Assembly (NCBI GenBank): GCA_038248345.1
Contig: JBBRXO010000033.1
Location: 1-24,342, forward strand
Reading direction: 5' to 3'
Length of the DNA: 24,342 nt
From: Armatimonadota bacterium
GTDB lineage: Bacteria > Armatimonadota > Hebobacteria > CAIYQO01
How positions within the stretch are numbered: the stretch's first letter is position 1; the number at the start of each line of letters is the position of its first letter. Positions 8,083 through 16,793 of the stretch are shown piece by piece. Made by a program: the position numbers and the translations under genes. The notes beneath the pieces were generated by a model, which was not told where the DNA came from, did not search any database, and worked only from the letters and a program-made list of their open reading frames with translations.

Positions 8083-8642
8083 AGATAGGGATTATCGTTC
8101 AAGGTACAACAGACAAGGCTTTTCGAACAGGATTACGCAATCGCTGGTGTGAGGGCGCCGAAATTGAGACATTGGGATTTCGGGGGGCGAAATTAAAACC
8201 CCGCCAATACCCGCAAGCGTGTAAAGAAGGACGAGTGAAAGGATGTAACGTCATCATTATTCTCACCGATACCGATAATAATGAGCTGGGCGAAGTACTA
8301 AAAGCCGAAAAGAGATATATCCCTGATGAAATGCAGAATATTGTTATTCTAGGTGTTACGGAGAGAAATATTGAATGCTGGATTTGCGCTGATGCGGATT
8401 ATGTAGCGGGTAACTATCCATGCAACGTAAAAGACCTCCGCGTGAATGACCCCCAAATGTCATTTCAGACTGCAATAAAGATAACACGCGACGATAAGAA
8501 AGAGGATGAAATTGCCGACCTCGTTGGCAATTACCCATCATTACGGCCGATGCTGAAGATGCCATCCTTCAAACGTTTCTACAACGAAACAAGGGCCTTT
8601 GCACAGCAAAATGGTTGCAAAATACCTAATGAGCTGGATTAA
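8079..8642 (+). CDS. TOPRIM-fold protein, DUF4276/RloB-like putative nuclease
   Basis: IGIIVQGTTD (hhhEGxxD-like), IIILTDTD (DxD), ERNIECWICAD (ExExW), C-terminal PSFKRF. Lower GC than its neighbours. Confidence 0.7.
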   Translation: MKIGIIVQGTTDKAFRTGLRNRWCEGAEIETLGFRGAKLKPRQYPQACKEGRVKGCNVIIILTDTDNNELGEVLKAEKRYIPDEMQNIVILGVTERNIECWICADADYVAGNYPCNVKDLRVNDPQMSFQTAIKITRDDKKEDEIADLVGNYPSLRPMLKMPSFKRFYNETRAFAQQNGCKIPNELD

Positions 8643-8663
8643 ATAGACTGATCGGAGACCAAA

Positions 8664-9656
8664 ATGACCAAATATCAACCAAACATTTCAGGTAAATATG
8701 CCGTCGGCGTGGATCTGGGCGGGACAAATGTCCGCGCGGCGGTGATTGATATCAACGGCAAAATATTAGGCGACAAACAGGCTGACGCCAAAGCTGCCGA
8801 GGGATTGGCCGTCACGCAGGGGCAGATTATCGGTGTTATTGAGGCGGCGATAACCAGTGCGGGCGTGGCGCACGAGGATATTATCGGCATCGGCATGGGC
8901 GTGCCGGGGCGGCATAATTCCGCCGAAGGTATCGTTATCTTCTCCCCTAACTTCAAAGATTGGGTGAACGTACAGCTGTTGGAGCCTATCGCCGAGCATT
9001 TCGGCGTTGCCTGCTTTATGCGTAACGATGTAAAGACTGCCAGCCTGGGCGAGTACCGCTGGGGTGCGGGTGCGGGCAAGGACTGGGTGGTGATGATCAC
9101 GCTGGGCACCGGCATCGGTGGCAGTCTGATCGCCAATGGTAACCTGATGTTGGGCAGCGGCGAGGGTTTCGCAGAAGTAGGCCATATGACTGTGGCCCCG
9201 AATGGACGTCTATGCAATTGCGGCAACCACGGTTGCTGGGAAGCAATGGCCGGTCGTGATGCTATCATCGAACGCGCATTGCAGAAATTGCAGACCGGGC
9301 GTGCCAGTTTGCTGGGTGAGCTGGTGGAGTATGACCTGAATATAATTACCCCGGCGAAGATATCTGAGGCAGCCAATGACGGCGACGCGTTGGCGAAGGA
9401 AGTGCTGGAAGAGACTGCCATGTGGGTGGGTATTGGGGTGGCCAATCTCATACAGCTCTATAATCCGCAGGTATTGATCATCGGCGGTGGCATCGCTAAT
9501 GCGGGCGACATGCTCTTTAGCGCTATCCAGCGCACGGTGAACTGGCGCGCCAAAATGGTGGGAAGAACCACTGTTGAAATCGTACCTGCCGCCTTAGGCG
9601 GCAATGCAGGTGTCACCGGCGGCGCTGTGCTTGTATTTGCTGCAGCAGGCAGATGA
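8664..9656 (+). CDS. ROK-family sugar kinase (glucokinase-like)
   Basis: VGVDLGGT, NDV..A.LGE, ITLGTGIGG, EVGHM, Zn motif CNCGNHGCWE, IIGGGI, LGGNAGVTGGA. No N-terminal HTH, so a kinase rather than a repressor. Confidence 0.93.
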   Translation: MTKYQPNISGKYAVGVDLGGTNVRAAVIDINGKILGDKQADAKAAEGLAVTQGQIIGVIEAAITSAGVAHEDIIGIGMGVPGRHNSAEGIVIFSPNFKDWVNVQLLEPIAEHFGVACFMRNDVKTASLGEYRWGAGAGKDWVVMITLGTGIGGSLIANGNLMLGSGEGFAEVGHMTVAPNGRLCNCGNHGCWEAMAGRDAIIERALQKLQTGRASLLGELVEYDLNIITPAKISEAANDGDALAKEVLEETAMWVGIGVANLIQLYNPQVLIIGGGIANAGDMLFSAIQRTVNWRAKMVGRTTVEIVPAALGGNAGVTGGAVLVFAAAGR

Positions 9657-10303
9657 TTACCCGAAACGAAATGCCAGAAACATTGCGGGTGAAACTCCGT
9701 GCGCTCACTGCTCAATACCTGACAGGAGCACGTGGGGCACATCAGTATGATCATACGCTGCGCGTGGTGGCCAACGCGCGCACGTTGGCGAAACATTACC
9801 CGGAGATTGATGTAGAATTGCTGGAAGCTGCCGCCTGGCTGCATGACGTCGGGCGTGGTGTGCTGCGTAAAAAAGGCCAGGGGCACGCAGTGGCTTCCGC
9901 TAAGTTGGCAAAAATCAACGGCCCCGAGTTGGGCTTCACCGGGACGCGCCTGAAAACACTCTGCAATGCTATAGCCAACCATTCTTTCTCTGCCAAGCGT
10001 CTGCCGGACAGCCTAGAGGGCAAGATATTGCAGGATGCAGATCGCCTCGACGCGCTGGGCGCAATAGGGATTGCCCGCACCTTCGCAGAGGGCTATAACC
10101 GCGAAACATATCATTTAACTGACCCATTTGCAGCGAATCGTCCTCTTAACGATGACCGCTATACCGTGGATCATTTCTACGCTAAACTGCTCACACTTGC
10201 CACCACCCTGCATACCAAGGAAGCGAAAACCATGGCACAACGCCGCGTCCGCTTCCTGCACCGCTTTCTGGCGGAGTTTGCCCGGGAATTGGCGGGGGAG
10301 TAG
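9653..10303 (+). CDS. HD-domain phosphohydrolase (YedJ-like)
   Basis: AHQYDHTLRV, AAWLHDVG, AIANHSFS, ILQDADRLDALGAIGIARTF, DHFYAKLL. ATGA overlap with the ROK gene. Confidence 0.92.
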   Translation: MITRNEMPETLRVKLRALTAQYLTGARGAHQYDHTLRVVANARTLAKHYPEIDVELLEAAAWLHDVGRGVLRKKGQGHAVASAKLAKINGPELGFTGTRLKTLCNAIANHSFSAKRLPDSLEGKILQDADRLDALGAIGIARTFAEGYNRETYHLTDPFAANRPLNDDRYTVDHFYAKLLTLATTLHTKEAKTMAQRRVRFLHRFLAEFARELAGE

Positions 10304-10360
10304 GGGACGTGTTTAATCGCTGGTTTCCAGCAGATTCTCCCCATTCGTTCATAAACGCGG

Positions 10361-10366
10361 TATAAT
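10361..10366 (+). promoter_or_regulatory. Sigma70 -10 box of the glycosyltransferase gene
   Basis: Perfect TATAAT 10 nt before ATG 10377, with no SD in between. Confidence 0.55.
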
Positions 10367-10376
10367 AGCTATCATT

Positions 10377-12428
10377 ATGGCCGAACAAAGCATATTAATC
10401 TGTTTCCCCTGCGGGGAGGCACCCGGATTACAGGCGGACGCGGCGCAATTGGCGCTGGGTCATGCCGAGTGTGGTAGCACGGTAACAGCGCTGGGGCCGC
10501 TGGGGCCGTGGCGATACGCATTGCGCCAGGCGGGTGTGACGGCTACTGAATTTGCCCTGCCTTGCTCAGAACGGAAAATCGCCGAAATTGTGAAGGAGAT
10601 CGCACCGCAGATTATCCATGCATTTGGCGTGGAGACGGCGCAGTTATTGCTCCCCCAGGCGTTGCTCTCGGGCATACCGGGCGTTGTAACACTCGGGCAC
10701 AATGATCTGGCGAAGATCAACCCTACCGTCTTCCGCACCGCCTCCGCAGTATTTGTTCCTTGCGAGTACCTGCGCGAACAAGTGTCACGTCGCCTGCCTT
10801 CGGTGCCGGTGGCTACTACTGGATATCTGGTACCGCCGACATCCGCGATCCCTACGCCCAATTATTTCCTCAGCGCCGAGCTGGGTGTGCCGGATGGCGC
10901 CCCACTGGTGTTGCTGGCCGACCAATTCAATGGTGCAGAGACAGAAGCAGCGCTGGAGTTGATCATCGCCGCGCCTATGCTGGCGGAACGGATTCCCCTG
11001 CTGAATATCATTATCGCCGGTGGCGGCTCACGTCTGGCGGAATTAGAAGAGCGTGCCAACGAGGTGAATAATCAACTGGGACGCCGTATAATTTTGCTTC
11101 CTGGTTATCGTGAGGATGTACCGCAATTGCTGGCGCTAGCCACGGTGGCCGTCGGCAGTGGGCGCTTTGCCGCGGAGGCGGTCGGCGCAGGTGTGGCGCT
11201 GGTGGCCGCGGGTGGTGCCGGCATGGTGGGCACCCTCACCGAGGACACGCAGAAAGCGGCGCGCTATACCTGTTGCGGGCAACATGGACGATTGAATAAT
11301 GTGACGGCGCATGACCTGGCGCGCGAGATTATCGGCCTCTTTAATTACCCAGATTATCGTGCCACCTTCGCACGAGACAACCAGGCAAGTATGTTGGAAG
11401 AGGAAGAACGCGCCACCCGTGCCGCCCAATTGACCAGTTACTATCAGCAGGGCGCTCCTACCGGGGCCATCACACGCACACCACAACGCATTACTGCGCT
11501 CGTGCCTGACGATCTACGCGAGTTGCTCTTCACCCTGCCCGCACTGTCGGCACTGGTGAAACAGTTCCCCCTGGTACAACTTAAATTAATAGCCGCCCCC
11601 CGCCACGCCGATTTCCTCGACGCTATTGGGCTGGCGGAGCGTGTGCTGGCGAAGCCGGATGAATTTTTTGAATGGCCAGCCTTCCTCGGAGGATTATATA
11701 AACCGCGCGCAGACGCTGCACTCGTCTTTGGCAGCGACCTGGTAAGTGGATTACTCGCTGGGTATACCTGGGCCAAGCATCGCTATGGCTTCACTGATAA
11801 CGGCGCAGGATTCCTCCTCACTGATCATTTACGTGCAGAGACCCTCATCTCTCCTGCCCGTGCGCAGGCGTTGGTACAGGCATTCGGGGTGGCTGAAGGT
11901 GCGCGTGTGCCGGTGCCAATACTGCCGCGGGCGGTCTGTGACGCTACCAAACGCACCTTGCTGGCGCGGGGGGTTATTGCCGGAGAATCATTGGTATTGC
12001 TCAGTCCCTTTGCCGCCCCTGCTTTGGCGTGGCCCATTACTTACTGGGAAGAGATTGCCAGCTCTTTGCTTACTGCCGGCGCCTGCGTGGTGGTATTGGA
12101 ACCTGGGGAGATGCAGTTACCGGCGGGCACCCCGACCTTCAGCATCCCGACAGATACATTGGAGTTGGCCGTCTTACTCAACAATGCCAGCGTGGTCGTC
12201 GCCGCCGATTCTCCGGTACTGCACCTAGCGGATCTGCTGGAGGTACCGGCAGTGGGCATCTACGGCCCCACTAATCCAAACGAATGTTCACTCCCGACAT
12301 CTTCTTCCGCCGACCGTCGTCCGCTCTGCCATGAGATTGACCGCCGCCCTTGCCCGGAAAATAGTTGTCTGCACGCTATCACGCCGGAAGAGGTACTGCA
12401 AGCTATCGGGGAGTTGGTACGGTTGTAG
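10377..12428 (+). CDS. Fused GT-B glycosyltransferase: GT4-like N-terminal half + GT9 (heptosyltransferase-like) C-terminal half
   Basis: N-half: APQIIHA, IIIAGGGSRLAELE, LPGYREDVPQLLALA, GRFAAEAVGAG. C-half: LLFTLPALSALVKQFP, HRYGF, WPITYWEEIA, ADSPVLHLA..LEVPAVGIYGPT, CLHAITPEEV. Confidence 0.85.
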   Translation: MAEQSILICFPCGEAPGLQADAAQLALGHAECGSTVTALGPLGPWRYALRQAGVTATEFALPCSERKIAEIVKEIAPQIIHAFGVETAQLLLPQALLSGIPGVVTLGHNDLAKINPTVFRTASAVFVPCEYLREQVSRRLPSVPVATTGYLVPPTSAIPTPNYFLSAELGVPDGAPLVLLADQFNGAETEAALELIIAAPMLAERIPLLNIIIAGGGSRLAELEERANEVNNQLGRRIILLPGYREDVPQLLALATVAVGSGRFAAEAVGAGVALVAAGGAGMVGTLTEDTQKAARYTCCGQHGRLNNVTAHDLAREIIGLFNYPDYRATFARDNQASMLEEEERATRAAQLTSYYQQGAPTGAITRTPQRITALVPDDLRELLFTLPALSALVKQFPLVQLKLIAAPRHADFLDAIGLAERVLAKPDEFFEWPAFLGGLYKPRADAALVFGSDLVSGLLAGYTWAKHRYGFTDNGAGFLLTDHLRAETLISPARAQALVQAFGVAEGARVPVPILPRAVCDATKRTLLARGVIAGESLVLLSPFAAPALAWPITYWEEIASSLLTAGACVVVLEPGEMQLPAGTPTFSIPTDTLELAVLLNNASVVVAADSPVLHLADLLEVPAVGIYGPTNPNECSLPTSSSADRRPLCHEIDRRPCPENSCLHAITPEEVLQAIGELVRL

Positions 12429-12488
12429 TTCTACATTAATTGTTGTATATTTTTTGCAGGTAACTACCTGCACCAGGGCGAAAATTTA

Positions 12489-12494
12489 TATAAT
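12489..12494 (+). promoter_or_regulatory. Sigma70 -10 box for trxA-trxB
   Basis: TATAAT in an AT-rich intergenic region about 35 nt upstream of trxA. GGAGG SD downstream. No good -35. Confidence 0.5.
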
Positions 12495-12529
12495 CAATAT
12501 CCCCACGGGGATCATATGGAGGGAATAAA

Positions 12530-12853
12530 ATGTCAGCTTTTTTAGATGTTACATCTGCCAATTTTGACGCAGAGGTTTTAAAGTCGGCGACACCGGTATT
12601 GGTGGACTTCTGGGCCGCATGGTGCGGACCATGCCGTGCGTTGTCGCCAGTGTTGGAGGCCGTGAGCGCTCAACTGGGCACAGCAGTGAAGATGGTTAAA
12701 ATTAATGTCGATGACAGCCAGGCGTTAGCCGGGCAGTTCGGCGTACAGTCGATCCCCACGCTTATCCTCTTCAAAAACGGAGAGCAGGTAGACCGGATGG
12801 TCGGCGGCCGCTCACAGGCAGATCTGTTGAGCTGGCTGAAGAGCAAAATATAA
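12530..12853 (+). CDS. trxA: Thioredoxin
   Basis: [25 protein letters not shown]. 107 aa. Confidence 0.98.
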   Translation: MSAFLDVTSANFDAEVLKSATPVLVDFWAAWCGPCRALSPVLEAVSAQLGTAVKMVKINVDDSQALAGQFGVQSIPTLILFKNGEQVDRMVGGRSQADLLSWLKSKI

Positions 12854-12861
12854 GGAAATTC

Positions 12862-13794
12862 ATGACCACAGAAATATATGACTTGGCCATTATAGGTGGC
12901 GGCCCCACCGGGCTAGCTGCCGCCATCTATGCAGCGCGCGCCAGTTTGCGCACGGTAGTATTGGAGCGCTTCCTGCCCGGCGGAATGGTTTCCAACACCA
13001 TGACCGTGGAGAATTATCCGGGCATCCCCGAGATCAGCGGGGCGGAGCTGGGCGAACGTTTCCATGAACACGCGGTGAAATACGGCGCGGAGATACGTAT
13101 TGCCGGGGTGAGCAGTATCATCCCCGGCAAGCCGTTCCACCTCACGTTGGAGGACGGCAGTACCTTGGAAGCACGTTCTGTGTTACTGGCCACCGGTGCG
13201 CACGCACGTCACCTGGATGTCCCTGGGGAAATGGAATACGCGGGTATGGGCGTCAGCTATTGCGCGGTATGTGATGGTTGGGCCTTTCGTGATAAAGACG
13301 TGGTTGTGCTGGGCGGCGGTGACAGCGCGGTGGAAGAAAGTCTTTACCTGGCACGTCTGGCGCGCTCGGTTACCATCGTTCACCGGCGTGATGCGTTGCG
13401 CGCGCAGAAGATTATCCAGGAGCGTGCGCTGGCCCACCCGAAGATATCCTTCCGCTGGAACAGCATCCTCACTGAGATTGTTGGCGTCGAAGAAGCGGGC
13501 ATGAAACACGTCACCAGCGTCCGGGTGCTCGATTTGCTGACAGAAACCGAGAGCGAAATACCGGCATCCGGCGTCTTTATCTATGTCGGAATGGTCCCCA
13601 ACACCGCTTTCCTGCATGATCTAGTAGCACTCGACAAAGAAGGGTTCGTCATCGCCGATAGCGCCTTCTCTACTTCCATCCCTGGCATATACGCCGCCGG
13701 TGATGTGCGCAGCGGCTCCTGGCGTCAGATAATCATCGCCACCGCCGAAGGTGCCCAGGCCGTGCGCGAGATAGATTGTTATCTGGGAGAGTAA
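12862..13794 (+). CDS. trxB: Thioredoxin-disulfide reductase
   Basis: [33 protein letters not shown] (CxxC), [28 protein letters not shown]. Confidence 0.97.
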   Translation: MTTEIYDLAIIGGGPTGLAAAIYAARASLRTVVLERFLPGGMVSNTMTVENYPGIPEISGAELGERFHEHAVKYGAEIRIAGVSSIIPGKPFHLTLEDGSTLEARSVLLATGAHARHLDVPGEMEYAGMGVSYCAVCDGWAFRDKDVVVLGGGDSAVEESLYLARLARSVTIVHRRDALRAQKIIQERALAHPKISFRWNSILTEIVGVEEAGMKHVTSVRVLDLLTETESEIPASGVFIYVGMVPNTAFLHDLVALDKEGFVIADSAFSTSIPGIYAAGDVRSGSWRQIIIATAEGAQAVREIDCYLGE

Positions 13795-13869
13795 CCCACG
13801 TCATATCCATACCTACAATCGGTCATGGCTCCGAAACCCCGTTTCGCGGGCTCTGCCGGGCAGATCGGC

Positions 13870-14988
13870 CTATTTTTGCAGTAGCTCCACATTGGCGCGT
13901 GGGACTAGCGCGGTGGTGCCGTCGTCCAGTTGAACTTCAGCGATACGCACTTTGGCTCCGGTTGCGATTTCGCGTAGTTCGGGGGGGAGGGCGGTGATCG
14001 TGGCAAACTGGCCAAAATATGGTTCGCGAATGAGGCGTACATGTCCACCGAGGAGCAGTTCACTTTTGTCATGCGTTGTTTGCTCTTCCACAGCGCCGGT
14101 GATGGGGACGATGATCTCCGGGCGGATTACCCCGGCACGAATCTGCGTTGCCCCATTAATGACAGCATCCTTCCCCTGTAAGCTATCAAGCAGTTGAAAC
14201 GTGCGGCTGGCCATATCAATGCGCCCAAAGCCTTCCGTGAGGATGAGCGTTATCGGCACATCCTCCTGCCCGGTGATGGCCACACCGATATCATAACCGA
14301 GGTAAGCACGCAGCACAGCATCATTCACCGCGCCTACGATTAACCCCAAGACGCCGCACTCCGCGGCGCGGCGCAGTTGTGCAACATTCACGGTAGCGCC
14401 GCCCAGCAGTATCTTCCCGGCACAACTAGCGTCGAGCAGGTTTTCGTCCAGTGGGGAGTCGGAGCCGGCGGCAACCGTCTTCAATATCCCATGCCGCTCG
14501 CCTCCCACGCCGAAGATTCCCTGCACCAGGGCGCCTTGCGCCACAATCTCCACACCTTCGCCAGGGAGTACGCGCTCGATCGTTCCGGCCAGGTAGGCCG
14601 TCAGATTCAGCGGCAGCGGATCCTCGCGCAGGCCAATGGTACCGGTCGCCGGGCTGATATATTCCAGTTTGCCAGTAAGCGGCGAAGTCAAACGATTGCC
14701 GAAGAGGCCAAACATTCCCTTCGTCTCCGCCAGGATATCGCCCTTCTGCACACGGTCGCCCTCCTGAACGTGCAAAAGTTGCCGTAGTTCATCGGGGTTG
14801 ATGCCCAGTTTTTCGGCGGCACGCAGCGCCGTCAATGCCCCGGGCAAATCGGCGTGTGCCACTACCTGGTCGGAGGTAACGCTTTGTCCTACTGTTACCC
14901 GCACCTCGCCCGGTAATGGTAGACGTCGCACTTTTCGGATAGTAGTTCGCCCGGTCACCAGCAGACCGGGGGTGTAAGCTGTAGCCAT
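13870..14988 (-). CDS. Conserved hypothetical protein with barrel-sandwich-hybrid (biotinyl/lipoyl-like, RnfC-N-like) motifs and KOW-like C-terminus
   Basis: 372-aa ORF. GEVRVTVGQSVTSDQVVA and VQEGDRVQKGDILAE...SPLTG motifs, QGIFGVGGE, ATQIRAGVIRPEI, GGHVRLIREPYFGQ. Confidence 0.8.
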   Translation of the reverse strand: MATAYTPGLLVTGRTTIRKVRRLPLPGEVRVTVGQSVTSDQVVAHADLPGALTALRAAEKLGINPDELRQLLHVQEGDRVQKGDILAETKGMFGLFGNRLTSPLTGKLEYISPATGTIGLREDPLPLNLTAYLAGTIERVLPGEGVEIVAQGALVQGIFGVGGERHGILKTVAAGSDSPLDENLLDASCAGKILLGGATVNVAQLRRAAECGVLGLIVGAVNDAVLRAYLGYDIGVAITGQEDVPITLILTEGFGRIDMASRTFQLLDSLQGKDAVINGATQIRAGVIRPEIIVPITGAVEEQTTHDKSELLLGGHVRLIREPYFGQFATITALPPELREIATGAKVRIAEVQLDDGTTALVPRANVELLQK

Positions 14989-14994
14989 GGCTTA

Positions 14995-15003
14995 ATTGTA
15001 GCA
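14995..15003 (-). promoter_or_regulatory. Extended -10 promoter giving a leaderless transcript
   Basis: Minus strand reads TG-C-TACAAT-taagcc-ATG: a TGn + -10 hexamer 6 nt from the start codon, with no SD. Confidence 0.65.
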
Positions 15004-15020
15004 CAGTAGGGCAAATGCGC

Positions 15021-15049
15021 AAACGGGGCCAGGTTTCCCCGGCCCCGTT
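15021..15049 (-). terminator. Probable intrinsic terminator of the TraF-like gene
   Basis: Minus strand aacggggccggg-GAAA-cctggccccgtt-t: GC-rich stem with a GNRA loop and a short U-tract, about 25 nt after the stop at 15074. Confidence 0.65.
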
Positions 15050-15073
15050 ATATTTCAGGTTGTTGCTATAGAG

Positions 15074-16486
15074 TTACCAGCGGCTAGCCAGGCCGACACT
15101 CACTTTAGTTGGATTCGGATAGCTTTTCCCGTCGTAGGTGGTGGAGTTGTTGCTATCCCAGACAGCAGCTACGTTGATGTTGATGTATTTCACCCCCATG
15201 CTGATGCCAGCGGTATAGAGCAAGTCGCTGCCCGCTAATCCCAGATTCTGCATAGCGCCGCCGCGCAGTTTGAAGAAACCGCCGTCCAGGCTGATGCCGC
15301 CGCCGAGATAACGGCTGGCATTACCGTTGGCATCGTTATTGGCGCTGAGGTCATAGTCAGCAGCAATTTTTATGCCCTTGGTTATATTCATCGCAGCGCC
15401 GCAGCGATAGAGTGGATCAAGTTTGAACTGCGTAGCACTGGTATCATCGGTAAATTCCGGGTGGTTGATATTCTTGGCAACAATTCCAATAGTAATCATG
15501 TTAATCCCCGGCAGATCCATGGCGGCTCCTACGTCAATTCCCAAGGCGGTGCTCTTGGTTTCATTGTCTTTGAAACTATCTACTACATCCTGGAATTTTG
15601 TGTCAATATCGACGGTATGTGAATAGGTATAGCCCACCATCGGCTTCACACTGGCCCCTATATTAATTTTCCCTACGAGTGGGATTTTGACCGAAGTGGC
15701 CAGGCTAATGGGAATCTCGGTAACAGCATTACCAGTGAGCCGAATCACGTCCGTTTTCTGCACGACAACGCCTTCATACAATGAGTTTGTGTCATACCCT
15801 ACCGCGCTAATGGCAGGATCGTATGTTGCTGCAAATCCTGATGTCGGCAGGATCACGGGGGTGTTGGTGCCGGGGCTGAAAGTGTTGTATTTCACTGTAT
15901 TGTCATTTTTGTTATAGAGGAAGATTACATCGTAATTCGTCCCGCCGATATTCATAGATGTTTTGAAGCTGAGATCGGTACCGCTGGGGATGTACGCCGT
16001 TGCGGTCTCGTCGCCGTATCCGAAGACGCCTACCGCGAAAGTGCCCATCTGTACGCCCACGCCAGCATTTGGCTGCATTTTGAGTGAGCTACCATTGTTC
16101 TTGGCATCAATTACTACATCAATCGCTTTATCGATATTGGTCTTCACCCCGGCGGAGAAGCCATTGAAGGAGATACGCTGTGCAGTCACCTCTTCATTCA
16201 TGGTGCTGAGGGTATCGACCAGTTGCAGATCATTGAGGATGCGGATTTTATCGGCCATGTTCTTGTCATCAAGGGCGATCCCGGCGGTGACGCTAATCTC
16301 CATACCCCGTGCGCGTGCCAACAACGCCGGGTTGTAATATCCCATCATCGAACCGGAGGCGCAAGCAACACCCGCGCCGCCCATAGCAGTACTCTCGTAG
16401 CCTATGGGTTGAAATTCGTACGCACAGGTACCTAAACCAAATAGCATGGTGACACCGGCAATTGCGAGAAGTGATTTTACTTTCAT
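15074..16486 (-). CDS. Outer-membrane beta-barrel protein, TraF-like (TraF_2/FadL-related)
   Basis: Start re-called to ATG 16486 (TAAGGAG SD, MKVKSLLAIAG signal peptide). AMGGAGVA...YYNPALLA N-terminal motif, GIDVGA, GIVAKNINHPEF, amphipathic strands, C-terminal Trp (VSVGLASRW). Confidence 0.8.
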   Translation of the reverse strand: MKVKSLLAIAGVTMLFGLGTCAYEFQPIGYESTAMGGAGVACASGSMMGYYNPALLARARGMEISVTAGIALDDKNMADKIRILNDLQLVDTLSTMNEEVTAQRISFNGFSAGVKTNIDKAIDVVIDAKNNGSSLKMQPNAGVGVQMGTFAVGVFGYGDETATAYIPSGTDLSFKTSMNIGGTNYDVIFLYNKNDNTVKYNTFSPGTNTPVILPTSGFAATYDPAISAVGYDTNSLYEGVVVQKTDVIRLTGNAVTEIPISLATSVKIPLVGKINIGASVKPMVGYTYSHTVDIDTKFQDVVDSFKDNETKSTALGIDVGAAMDLPGINMITIGIVAKNINHPEFTDDTSATQFKLDPLYRCGAAMNITKGIKIAADYDLSANNDANGNASRYLGGGISLDGGFFKLRGGAMQNLGLAGSDLLYTAGISMGVKYININVAAVWDSNNSTTYDGKSYPNPTKVSVGLASRW

Positions 16487-16750
16487 GGTATTTCTCCTTA
16501 CATCATTGTTTGCCGGTGCGAGCACTTACTGCAAACCCAGCAATATCCAACTATTATTTTACACCAAAAACTCGTTTGTGCGCGTTTTTTCTCCAACAAT
16601 TACTTACTATTCTGAATATAGTAGTCTTAGCTGGCCATTAGTGTGCTGTCAGTCCTACAGTAGCACCCGATTATTTGGCACACGGTTCGCCGTTTTATCA
16701 CAAATACACGCATGTTCATTCCGTCAGACAAAACAATATTGTATATGAGC

Positions 16751-16779
16751 CTGGCTGGCAAGCATTGCCGGCCAGCCAG
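16751..16779. terminator. GC-rich hairpin downstream of the 948-aa gene
   Basis: ctggctggc (16751-16759) / gccagccag (16771-16779), 14 nt past the stop codon. No U-tract. Confidence 0.4.
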
Positions 16780-16793
16780 ACTAGTTGATCCAG

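Noticed and set aside
10300..10345. GTAGGGGAC as a second REP copy
   Set aside because: No palindrome follows the GTAG. The nearby aatcgctgg/ccagcagatt hairpin is weak and lacks a U-tract.
13826..13866. Hairpins between convergent trxB and the hypothetical gene (cgaaac-ccc-gtttcg, tctgcc-g-ggcaga)
   Set aside because: Stems are only 6 bp with no U-tract, so they cannot be called a terminator or REP from one copy.
15074..16525. Conjugative element implied by the TraF-like gene, and the longer 483-aa start
   Set aside because: No relaxase, T4SS or integrase in the window. The SD and signal peptide support ATG 16486.
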